Virus record (IMG/VR): IMGVR_UViG_3300021590_000003
Coordinates: 1-34,186 of that record
Reading direction: 5' to 3' (one strand)
DNA length: 34,186 nt
Origin: a virus
A program made the translations under genes and the position numbers. Within the stretch, counting starts at the first letter, position 1, and every line of letters begins with the position of its first letter. The notes beneath the pieces were generated by a model that was not told where the DNA came from, made no database searches, and worked only from the letters and a program-made list of their open reading frames with translations. Of the stretch, positions 1 through 7,998 are shown in pieces.

Positions 1-451
1 AGAATGAAATTTGGGCTATTCGCATACCAATGGGAAGGCGGACAGAAGCATGCTGTGAATGATTAGTAATTTCCATAGTCCACTTATTTATAAATCCCAC
101 ATCACCAAATCCTGCACATTTACAAACGGATAGTCCTAATCTTCCTAATGAGCTTCTTGCATTCATTTTACTTGCAATATTATGACGACCTCCTATTATT
201 TCTTGAGTGTGAGCTAAGATAGTTTCTCCTGGATGAATTTCAATTTCTTTATTCGCCTTTTTAATTTTCCAATGATTTCTTATGCTATTTTCATCGAATG
301 GTAGTATATAGTGATCAAGAACAGTTTCTACTGCGTAATATTCACCTAATCGTACATCATAACTATTTGGATTTAGTTGTTTTATTCTGAATGGTTTTAT
401 TATTATATTTCCTTTTTCCAATTCTTCTAAAATTTCACCATCTGATAGCAT
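1..451 (-). CDS. dcd: dCTP deaminase, 3' end cut by the window edge (missing from the ORF track)
   Basis: Manual translation from ATG at 451: MLSDGEILEELEKGNIIIKPF..LNPNSYDVRLG..HPGETILAHTQE..NARSSLGRLGL..GFGDVGF..TMEITN..GMRIAQISF. The PNSYDVRL, ARSSLGRLG and GMRIAQ motifs match Dcd. Confidence 0.9.
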   Translation of the reverse strand, partial: MLSDGEILEELEKGNIIIKPFRIKQLNPNSYDVRLGEYYAVETVLDHYILPFDENSIRNHWKIKKANKEIEIHPGETILAHTQEIIGGRHNIASKMNARSSLGRLGLSVCKCAGFGDVGFINKWTMEITNHSQHASVRLPIGMRIAQISF

Positions 452-463
452 CAAACTTTTTTT

Positions 464-802
464 TTATTTATCCAAATTAGCTATTACAATAGTAGTTACT
501 AATATTGTTATAACTATACCATAAATCAGATAACACCAGAACATACAGGCTGTTAGCCAGCTTGGATGTATATTCAGTATAGTGAAAAACTTATGTGAAA
601 TCAACTTCATTACGACTGCTTGAATGATGCATCCGCCAAATGGAATTACACTCAAACATAATGCCAAATCATAGAGAAGACATAAAGCTAACACTGCCAT
701 CAACCCTTTGACACCACCATAGACAAAATAGCCCAATACGCTAAACAAAATAGTATAGAAAAGACCGAAATAAGAAGTCCTAATTGTCACACCCTCTTCC
801 AT
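464..802 (-). CDS. Small multi-pass membrane protein
   Basis: ORF track, 112 aa, three to four long hydrophobic segments. Confidence 0.6.
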   Translation of the reverse strand: MEEGVTIRTSYFGLFYTILFSVLGYFVYGGVKGLMAVLALCLLYDLALCLSVIPFGGCIIQAVVMKLISHKFFTILNIHPSWLTACMFWCYLIYGIVITILVTTIVIANLDK

Positions 803-835
803 TCATACCACCTCCTGTCTTTATATATAATTATA

Positions 836-937
836 TTAAGAGAACAAGTAATGAATCATGTAACCAACTATCAATCCTACACTATAGTAAATCAAAGAAT
901 CATAATCTCTAATTACTTCCCATAGATGATTTTCCAT
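836..937 (-). CDS. 33-aa peptide with one hydrophobic helix
   Basis: Manual translation MENHLWEVIRDYDSLIYYSVGLIVGYMIHYLFS*, packed into the operon. Confidence 0.4.
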   Translation of the reverse strand: MENHLWEVIRDYDSLIYYSVGLIVGYMIHYLFS

Positions 938-943
938 TATTGA

Positions 944-1117
944 TTACTCAACCTCCACTAATTTGAATTTCTTCGTTTCTACAAATCTTCTTTCCCCAAT
1001 AACATTAGTTTCAAATAGAACACATTGAATATATGAAGGATATACATTGCCGGCTAAAAATATAAGCTCACATTGTGGCTCTTCTTTAACCCATTTTAAA
1101 TTTTTATTCCTTTTCAT
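944..1117 (-). CDS. 57-aa hypothetical protein, paralogous to 1114..1215
   Basis: Manual translation ends ETNVIGERRFVETKKFKLVEVE*; ATGA overlap with the upstream mini-ORF. Confidence 0.55.
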   Translation of the reverse strand: MKRNKNLKWVKEEPQCELIFLAGNVYPSYIQCVLFETNVIGERRFVETKKFKLVEVE

Positions 1118-1215
1118 TCTTCTTTTTCATTGCCTAACTCCACTAACTTGAATGTTTTAGTTTCTTTGAGTCTTCGCTCTCCTAAGAAATTAGTTTCCCT
1201 TACTTTACTAAGCAT
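1114..1215 (-). CDS. 33-aa hypothetical protein, paralogous to 944..1117
   Basis: Manual translation MLSKVRETNFLGERRLKETKTFKLVELGNEKEE*; start overlaps the ligase stop. Confidence 0.5.
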   Translation of the reverse strand: MLSKVRETNFLGERRLKETKTFKLVELGNEKEE

Positions 1216-2063
1216 GTTCGATATCCTTCATTTTCCTTAAATAATATGAATATAATCCTTTTGATACAGAACGTATTCTTCTTTTTGCTTCTGCTGCTAC
1301 ATATTGGGCAATCAAAGGCATTGCTATTTTCTTATTTCTAAATTGTTCATGTCCTATTTCATCTAAAACTTTCTGTATTTCATTCATAACCTCTGCCTCT
1401 GGTAGTTCTGGATATTAGGAGCATCTCTATCTCTGTCAATTTCGATATTTTTTTCGTGTGGTACGTCTAACCGGTCTTTAAAGAAATAGGCTTTACCGCT
1501 ATCATAAGACTTGAAGACTACACCTTCTCGATTTTCTTTTTTTTTTTTGCGCGGTCAAGCATTTTTTCTATTTGTTTTTCTAATTTCTCAATAGTAGAAT
1601 ATGAAGAGACTGCCCATAGTTTAACAATCGGTAGTTTCCATTGATAACAAAATTGATAGACTCTTGTGTAATTCCACCAACCTCCATTTATATCATAAAT
1701 ATCAAATACTGCAATATCATCTTTTTCATGATATTCTATACGAGAAGGACTTTTACCTTTTTGTAATAATTCAAAAAATACTATTATATCATGATTCCAT
1801 TGATATTTTTCTGTATAAAGAGCTGTTCTTAGAATAGAATCATATCCAGTATTTTCAATTGACTTTAACAAATCATCACTTGCTGGTATTTTATTTCTAC
1901 TTCCAAATTGAAGATTATCATTTTCATCTATGAAACAACGTATGTTAGATCCATCACGCTTCTCCTCGAAATATATTAACTTACCAAGTAATTCTCTACC
2001 GCCATAAGGAGACTCTCTTAAATAGCCTAATTTTGGATATTTTATAACCTCTTCAATTCTCAT
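1208..2063 (-). CDS. ATP-dependent RNA ligase-like nucleotidyltransferase (Rnl2-like), split by two frameshifts
   Basis: Motif I EEKRDGSNIR lies in the tracked ORF 1518..2063. After the T-run near 1535-1548 another frame reads NREGVVFKSYDSGKAYFFK (motifs IV/V). After a second shift near 1415 it continues PELPEAEVMNEIQKVLDEIG..IEHA* to 1208. Confidence 0.75.
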
Positions 2064-2181
2064 TTGAAATTAATATTAGATGTATTTTTTGATAATAACT
2101 ATCATGAGTATTGTAATAAGAAAGAAGACATAGCTCATTAATACGATCACTCCGGTCATAAGTAGAAACTCTATAATTCTA

Positions 2182-2367
2182 TTACACCACTTGTCTATCC
2201 AATTCCTTATTCTTTCGAACATGTTCTCTTTTTCCCCATTCTATTTTACCACCACAATAGGGGCACTTCATTTTCAGATATTTTACTTTCTTTAGCTTGA
2301 CTCCATCTTCTTTTTCTTTTATTATTACACCAAACACTTTTCCACAATCCTTACATTGTACAATCAT
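2182..2367 (-). CDS. Small zinc-ribbon protein
   Basis: CKDC ... CPYC, 61 aa. Confidence 0.65.
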   Translation of the reverse strand: MIVQCKDCGKVFGVIIKEKEDGVKLKKVKYLKMKCPYCGGKIEWGKREHVRKNKELDRQVV

Positions 2368-2522
2368 TCTTCTATTTCCATAATCTCTTTACAATAAGGA
2401 CATCGGTATTTAGCTTCCTTAGCATGCGACTTAAGTAGCAGTTCTGATTCGCTGATAATAATACAATCATCTTTTTCCGTGATAGTTATTGCTAATCTAC
2501 ATTTTTCACATCTTAAAATCAT
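2364..2522 (-). CDS. Small zinc-ribbon protein (missing from the ORF track)
   Basis: Manual translation MILRCEKCRLAI..KYRCPYCKEIMEIEE*, 52 aa, ATGA overlaps on both sides. Confidence 0.6.
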   Translation of the reverse strand: MILRCEKCRLAITITEKDDCIIISESELLLKSHAKEAKYRCPYCKEIMEIEE

Positions 2523-2731
2523 ATTCGTTTCAATTCAATTAAAATTGTATCTGGAGACTTTTTGTACATGTTTCCCTCGAACTGACCTACTCCTTTGATT
2601 TCAGTTTTAAATATTACTTTACATACCTTTCCTTCTTCTAAGAACTGTACAGCTTCGCTAAAATATTCAAACATTTTAATTTCCATCTGTGTCAATTTCT
2701 CTATATGGTATATCCCTTGTCTTTCTTTCAT
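2519..2731 (-). CDS. Hypothetical protein
   Basis: ORF track, 70 aa, co-oriented and overlapping its neighbours. Confidence 0.5.
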   Translation of the reverse strand: MKERQGIYHIEKLTQMEIKMFEYFSEAVQFLEEGKVCKVIFKTEIKGVGQFEGNMYKKSPDTILIELKRI

Positions 2732-4355
2732 GCATATTCGAAAGCTCTACAAAATATCCTACTATTCTTCTAAATTTGTATACTTCCTTATCACCGCATA
2801 TTGGACAAAGTGCAGCATCACCTAAAGTTATATGATTATGCGATTTACACCTTGTTAAAAATGTGTCGAATGCAAAATACGGTACTCCATATTTTATTAC
2901 GCCTTTTACCACCTTACCCATCTGATGAGTATTCTGAAATGGACTTGGGATATTTATAAACATCATTTGACCGCCGTCAAAATATTTCGAAAATCTCCCA
3001 GTTATTCTCACTCGTTTTCCAATAGTCATCTTTTGCCATGGCGATACAATTTGATTAGTATACATCTTGCCTGATTCATAATAATTAGCATAAGGTGAAT
3101 TAGTTTCTTGTGTATATTTCATATCTGCTTCATAAAGAGTAACTGCTGCTGATTCTGCAGGCACTAACTCACAATTATAAAATCCTTCCCACGAATCTAT
3201 TTCAGTTCGAATTACTTTGAGTACCTCTTCGAGTTCATCCCATGAATATCCAGCTATTTCTTTTAAATCCCATACTCCTATTATTCCGATAGTAGAATAC
3301 ATCCTCTGAAGAGATCGAAGTCCTAACTCAAACGTAGCATCTAAATGTTGGTGATCTTTTAGAAGTTTCCTATGCCAGTCAAGAAAATCTTTTGCTAATC
3401 TTAGATTCTCTATTATACGTTCTAAGAAACTATCATGGTGTCTAATAAATATACCCGGCAAGTTAAGACTTACGACTTGATGACTGCCTATTTGCACTCC
3501 TCCGCTTCCATAAGAATTATAAAATGGTTTTGTACTCGACGTAAGTCTACAACATGAAGCGATGGCATCAAGATGTGGCAATGCAAGGAAATTATACATA
3601 GTATGCTGAATATTTTGTTCGAGAGCAAATTCTAAGAAGTCTTCATCTTGGATAGTTATATTTTCTGTTTTGAGCGCAGCTGTTATCACCGGAAATCGTA
3701 GCATTTGAAGCTTTATTTCATTAGTATGCCACTTCATCACCGATTTTTGAACAGTTAATAAATCATCTACATCTAAATCCCAAACATTATCTCCAAATAA
3801 ATGTTCTAAATAATGCCTATCAAAAAACGAGATATTAGTATAAAGTGATTCTGCACCCTGTCTCAAATGCTGATTAAATGAGTAAAATAATCTCTGTAAT
3901 TCATTTTTGAATTGATATTCTGTTAGACTAAGTTTTTGTTTCTTTACATAATAAGTTAAAGCTAAAATGAGATCAGGAATGCCTATCGCTCCTCGTGTAC
4001 GATTTGCTACATATGATGTGAATTCTATAAGTTGTGCTATAAATGAATCCAGTCGTTTTGGTGGTTTGCTTTTGAAATGTGGATAGTATAACAGTCCCTC
4101 ACTCATTATAGGTTCAGTTGCAATCGAATAGCAGTATGGTAATAACAGTAACTTTGAAAAATCATGAATATATAATTCATTTCCGTGAAGTGCAAGAATT
4201 TCTTTACCTCTATTGAACCAATCACTGACTAACTGCTTATTAAAAGCCAACTCAATACCGGATGCCAGCTGCTTTCGAATATTAGCTATGTCTGGATAAT
4301 AATTAGCATTTATATCTATAACACTCTTCCCATCTAAAAAATCTCCAATATTCAT
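2676..4355 (-). CDS. nrdD: Class III (anaerobic) ribonucleoside-triphosphate reductase, no ATP cone
   Basis: ASCCRL catalytic loop, ELVPAES, CxxH..CPICG metal site and C-terminal RRIVGYF glycyl-radical loop; 559 aa. Confidence 0.93.
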   Translation of the reverse strand: MNIGDFLDGKSVIDINANYYPDIANIRKQLASGIELAFNKQLVSDWFNRGKEILALHGNELYIHDFSKLLLLPYCYSIATEPIMSEGLLYYPHFKSKPPKRLDSFIAQLIEFTSYVANRTRGAIGIPDLILALTYYVKKQKLSLTEYQFKNELQRLFYSFNQHLRQGAESLYTNISFFDRHYLEHLFGDNVWDLDVDDLLTVQKSVMKWHTNEIKLQMLRFPVITAALKTENITIQDEDFLEFALEQNIQHTMYNFLALPHLDAIASCCRLTSSTKPFYNSYGSGGVQIGSHQVVSLNLPGIFIRHHDSFLERIIENLRLAKDFLDWHRKLLKDHQHLDATFELGLRSLQRMYSTIGIIGVWDLKEIAGYSWDELEEVLKVIRTEIDSWEGFYNCELVPAESAAVTLYEADMKYTQETNSPYANYYESGKMYTNQIVSPWQKMTIGKRVRITGRFSKYFDGGQMMFINIPSPFQNTHQMGKVVKGVIKYGVPYFAFDTFLTRCKSHNHITLGDAALCPICGDKEVYKFRRIVGYFVELSNMHERKTRDIPYREIDTDGN

Positions 4356-4468
4356 TTTTTTTACATAATAGAATAATTACATATAAAAATAAATGAGCTA
4401 AATACAGCTATCCATCTTTTCATAAATTTCAATATCAAGCCGTACTTTCATCTGCTGAATGTACTTTT

Positions 4469-4906
4469 TTATACCATTCTCCTGAAAGCTCTGCTAATCG
4501 GATCTTCATTGATTTCTCTAATCGATTTTCCTCCTAAATAAACATCTGATTTAATAATATCATGCTCTTCATCCCAACTCATTAACATTACGTGTGTACC
4601 GAATTCTTCAGATAATCGTTTGGCAAATTGTTCAGCTTTATCGAATGTCCAGTAATTAAAAACTCCTGCTAACACTACATAAGAACCTTTACTACCCACT
4701 AATTCTTTATCACACATACAATGTGATGGATCACCGTTTTGCCATCCCAAATCTGGCTCGAATACTTCGCCCCTCTTCTTCTCAGATTCTTCGCGCATTT
4801 CCAAAACTATCTTCTTAATTCGTTGTTTAATATCATCAACATCCTTTTCTCCACTAAACACTCCTCCTGTTCGAATCCCAATTATGTTTGATACATAATA
4901 CCCCAT
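4469..4906 (-). CDS. Hypothetical protein
   Basis: ORF track, 145 aa; GAGGTGAT ribosome-binding site upstream. Confidence 0.65.
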   Translation of the reverse strand: MGYYVSNIIGIRTGGVFSGEKDVDDIKQRIKKIVLEMREESEKKRGEVFEPDLGWQNGDPSHCMCDKELVGSKGSYVVLAGVFNYWTFDKAEQFAKRLSEEFGTHVMLMSWDEEHDIIKSDVYLGGKSIREINEDPISRAFRRMV

Positions 4907-4925
4907 AATATCACCTCTTCGATTA

Positions 4926-5201
4926 TTAGGAATAATTATTTTCCTTCTCTCTATCTATTTCTATAAGCGAAAGAATACAATAACCTGCAATGTCAATTAA
5001 AGTATCCCGAATTGTATCACAATTGTCTCGATTATATTCAAGATTCTTCAAACGACAGAGTTTGATGGTCAGCTGTATTCGGGTTACATCCAATCCCCAT
5101 TCTTTCCAAGTTTTATGGAAAGCATCATCGTATTTTCTACCTCTTTCTGTGAGAGTGTCCTTAATTATATCTAAATACCAATCAAAATTTTCTTCGCTCA
5201 T
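4926..5201 (-). CDS. DUF1599 / nucleotide modification associated domain 1 (Nmad1)-like protein
   Basis: RGRKYDDAF..W..IKLCRLKNL..DTIRDTLIDIAGYCILSL pattern, typical of this all-helical family. Confidence 0.7.
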   Translation of the reverse strand: MSEENFDWYLDIIKDTLTERGRKYDDAFHKTWKEWGLDVTRIQLTIKLCRLKNLEYNRDNCDTIRDTLIDIAGYCILSLIEIDREKENNYS

Positions 5202-5394
5202 AGTCTATCATGCTTTTCAAATATTTTTATTAGTTCTCTCTCATATCTCTTCTTCGCTTTTTTCAATAAATCTTCTTTTTCTTCATCTGTTAGTAATTTG
5301 CCATGTGCTTCTACCTCATGTGTTATAGGATATACAAATAGATTTATAATTTCTTTTATAATATCTGCCATTTCATTCTACCTCCATACTCCCA

Positions 5395-5482
5395 ATTTGC
5401 GTGAGACGCATATATTTAGCCATAGACGCAATAAAATCTATTAGGATATATAAAAGTATTACCTAACGAAAAAATTGCAATG
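5395..5482 (-). promoter_or_regulatory. Class B promoter element, copy 1 (TATA plus AGACGCA/TTGC sites) upstream of the Nmad1-nrdD-dcd genes
   Basis: GTGAGACGCA at 5401 and TATATAAA at 5447 (46-bp offset), collinear with three copies at 24.8-25.6 kb. Confidence 0.65.
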
Positions 5483-5512
5483 AGAAGAGGATATGAATGT
5501 CTGGTGCAAGAT

Positions 5513-5950
5513 TTATGCATCATCACTCAGAAGTACTATTAGTTCTGGGTTTTCATAAATGTTTCCTATGACTTCTACTTTATTTTTAATAAAGAAATCT
5601 GGATTTCCAAAACTTGTTAAATAAATTTTATCTCCGTTATTAGTTTCAAAGCAATAACTTGCATTCATACTATCGTATCTTACAACATATTGCTGTTTAA
5701 TTTCAAGAAAACTATCCCCTGTATCAATTAGTACTATATCACCTTCATATATTTCTTTGCCATTCTTGTCTTTACGTCCAGTATATTGCCCAACTGTTTC
5801 AGGAACCACTAACTTTCCTCTTAAAAAATTAAATGGCTTGATAAAATATTTAAAAGCATCAGCGATAGGATCTTCTTCTATAATTAAACTACCGTATATC
5901 CATTTTCCATTATCAATTCGTTTTCCTCTAAATTTTATTTCTCTCATCAT
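5513..5950 (-). CDS. YopX-family phage protein (probable start 5950, not 6040)
   Basis: MMREIKFRGKRIDNGKWIYG..VGQYTGRKDKNGKEIYEGDIV..VEVIGNIYENPEL. Confidence 0.9.
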   Translation of the reverse strand: MMREIKFRGKRIDNGKWIYGSLIIEEDPIADAFKYFIKPFNFLRGKLVVPETVGQYTGRKDKNGKEIYEGDIVLIDTGDSFLEIKQQYVVRYDSMNASYCFETNNGDKIYLTSFGNPDFFIKNKVEVIGNIYENPELIVLLSDDA

Positions 5951-6389
5951 TTTCTTCCTTCTTAATTTCTGTAGGCGAATATTTAAGGACATAGCAACTC
6001 CCAAGAGGATGCTTAACATCAAAGAATGATGGATGGACACCGATCTTCCTAATAACTGTTTTATGGATAGGTATTTCTCTGTAATTAATATGTAAGTCAG
6101 AAAATAACCTTGGAAATTTCTTTTTCATGTAGTCTTTGAGATAGTCAATTATAGAAACTGGTGCTTTTTCTACTCTTTCTATTTCTGTTTCTTTTGATTC
6201 ACTAATTAAAGAGCCCGGTAAATAGCAAGCTAAAATAATACGATGACCAAATACTTCTACCGCTCTTTCAATTATTAGCTCAGGACACGGAATATCAGCC
6301 TCAATGAATTCCTCTTCCCATATATTATGAATTAACTTCAATTTTTCTATTTCTATTTCATCGAGAATTTCATATCCGTTTTCATTCAT
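5928..6389 (-). CDS. Hypothetical protein
   Basis: ORF track, 153 aa, ATGA overlap with the upstream gene. Confidence 0.6.
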   Translation of the reverse strand: MNENGYEILDEIEIEKLKLIHNIWEEEFIEADIPCPELIIERAVEVFGHRIILACYLPGSLISESKETEIERVEKAPVSIIDYLKDYMKKKFPRLFSDLHINYREIPIHKTVIRKIGVHPSFFDVKHPLGSCYVLKYSPTEIKKEENDERNKI

Positions 6390-6610
6390 TTAAATCTTAA
6401 ACCGATATAATCCGAAGGAAAATATGGTAAAACTTTAAGTGGATAGCCTAAAAATGTTTGTATTGGAAATTTATGGTCAGGAGGTAAATCTAACTCATTC
6501 GCTAACTTCCGGTAGGCTTCTTCGCCAAGCACAATTTCTTCAATTTCTCGATTTTCACTTTTTAACTTATAAATATTTTCAACTATTAAACTCCTAACAC
6601 TTCCTGTCAT
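6386..6610 (-). CDS. 74-aa protein resembling the C-terminal part of an HK97-fold capsid protein
   Basis: EIVLGEEAYRKL..QTFLGYPLKVLPYFPSDYIGL recalls the hhhn..t...L..(n)..tLlGyPV....hp motif; resemblance by eye only. Confidence 0.4.
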   Translation of the reverse strand: MTGSVRSLIVENIYKLKSENREIEEIVLGEEAYRKLANELDLPPDHKFPIQTFLGYPLKVLPYFPSDYIGLRFK

Positions 6611-7190
6611 TCTCGCCTATAATTTCATCAATCAATCCCCATTCCTTCGCTTCCTTGGCATCCATCCATACTTCTCTTCTTCGTATCAATTCACGAACTT
6701 CCTCTTCAGTTTTATTACATCGTGATGCGAGAATGTCAATTACCTTGTTAGTTATTCGGTTGAGTTCGGCAGCTTCATCTTCTAATTGAGAAGTAGATTC
6801 ATCTCTGAACATAGTCCATCTGCGAGGTTCGTGGAGTAAAAATGAAGTAGTAGGATAAGCCAATCTTCTATCTGCTCCTTGAAGAATAATCATAGCAGCA
6901 GCACTTGCAGCCAGTCCTTCTGCTATTACAACCACTTCTCCACCTGAATTCGATATTTCTTTCAAAGTATCATATACACCAAATGCTAAATATGCATTAC
7001 CACCAGGTGAAGTAAGTCTAATTGTGATTCTTGATAACCATTCACGAGCATCTCGTAATGCTGCAATTTCTAAATTAAAGTCATCAACTGTTACCTCATC
7101 GATTTCACCTCGTAAATGTATTATACCAGCAGATAATTCTTGATACCTTAATCTTTCATACAGAGAAAGACCCTCTAATTCTTTTCTCAT
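6594..7190 (-). CDS. clpP: ClpP-family (S14) serine protease
   Basis: ITIRLTSPGG, GLAASAAAMI (catalytic Ser), FLLHEP (His), EVWMDAKEAKEWGLIDEI (Glu at the usual Asp position, as in phage-type ClpP). Confidence 0.9.
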   Translation of the reverse strand: MRKELEGLSLYERLRYQELSAGIIHLRGEIDEVTVDDFNLEIAALRDAREWLSRITIRLTSPGGNAYLAFGVYDTLKEISNSGGEVVVIAEGLAASAAAMIILQGADRRLAYPTTSFLLHEPRRWTMFRDESTSQLEDEAAELNRITNKVIDILASRCNKTEEEVRELIRRREVWMDAKEAKEWGLIDEIIGENDRKC

Positions 7191-7855
7191 TATATTCCTC
7201 CTTTGAGTCTAAAACTATCAAGTGCATCTGCTATATCTTCCGCATTATCCAATATTCGTTCAAATCGCTTAACTATTTCTAATAATAATATTCTTTTTCG
7301 TTCTTCTTTAAAATCAGTCTTCATAATTTTAATTAGTATTTTTCGGTATAAATCATCACCTTCATTTTCATATTGATTGATCTCTTTAACGCAATCCAAT
7401 ATAGTATCATTGTATTTCAAGAAATTTGAAGAACATTCAGTAGCAACACTTATAGAATGTATAGCCTTTTCGATAAGTCCTATGAAATTTCCAAAATAAG
7501 CTTGAGCTTCATTTAGTTCATAACCCAGTTGAGACCAAGCCATCAATCGCCAAATTACTTCTTCTATATCATCTATTATATCATCAATTCTCTTTACGAA
7601 GTATCGAATATCCGAAACTTCTTCTGTCACTCGCGTATGATCGCATAGCAGCAATTCATAAATTCCATGAACAATCAAGTCTGCTTTTTCTTCTGTTTCT
7701 TTTGCTTGCACACTCAGTTCTTGTATATCTAACTTATTCACCTCTTTCAGTAATTGAACAGTACGAATCAACTTAGCTGTTAAATCTAAAAAACTATTTT
7801 GATAATCGTATCGTTTCACAAAATTAATTTTTCCAACAACATCTTTAATTTTCAT
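7190..7855 (-). CDS. DUF47 / PhoU-like phosphate transport regulator
   Basis: Duplicated acidic helical motifs EEKAD..IDDIIDDIE and YENEGD..FERILDNAEDIAD; 221 aa. Confidence 0.8.
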   Translation of the reverse strand: MKIKDVVGKINFVKRYDYQNSFLDLTAKLIRTVQLLKEVNKLDIQELSVQAKETEEKADLIVHGIYELLLCDHTRVTEEVSDIRYFVKRIDDIIDDIEEVIWRLMAWSQLGYELNEAQAYFGNFIGLIEKAIHSISVATECSSNFLKYNDTILDCVKEINQYENEGDDLYRKILIKIMKTDFKEERKRILLLEIVKRFERILDNAEDIADALDSFRLKGGI

Positions 7856-7998
7856 CTTCTACTACTTCAGCAAGATAACTTACTAATGCAGCACATTCTT
7901 CTTTATTGTTTCTGTCCAATAACCCATCAAATAATTTCCAAAATATATGTCTTACCTGTTCCTCCTCAATATGGTTAATATATTTTACAAGAGCTTTT

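Noticed and set aside
5951-6040. N-terminal extension of YopX given by the ORF track (similarly the primase extension 19224-19271 and 25673-25720)
   Set aside because: The extensions overlap upstream genes or promoters, and family-typical starts lie downstream.
6386-7190. Ordinary virion head module
   Set aside because: No portal, terminase, scaffold or full-length capsid gene nearby; flanking genes are metabolic or early.
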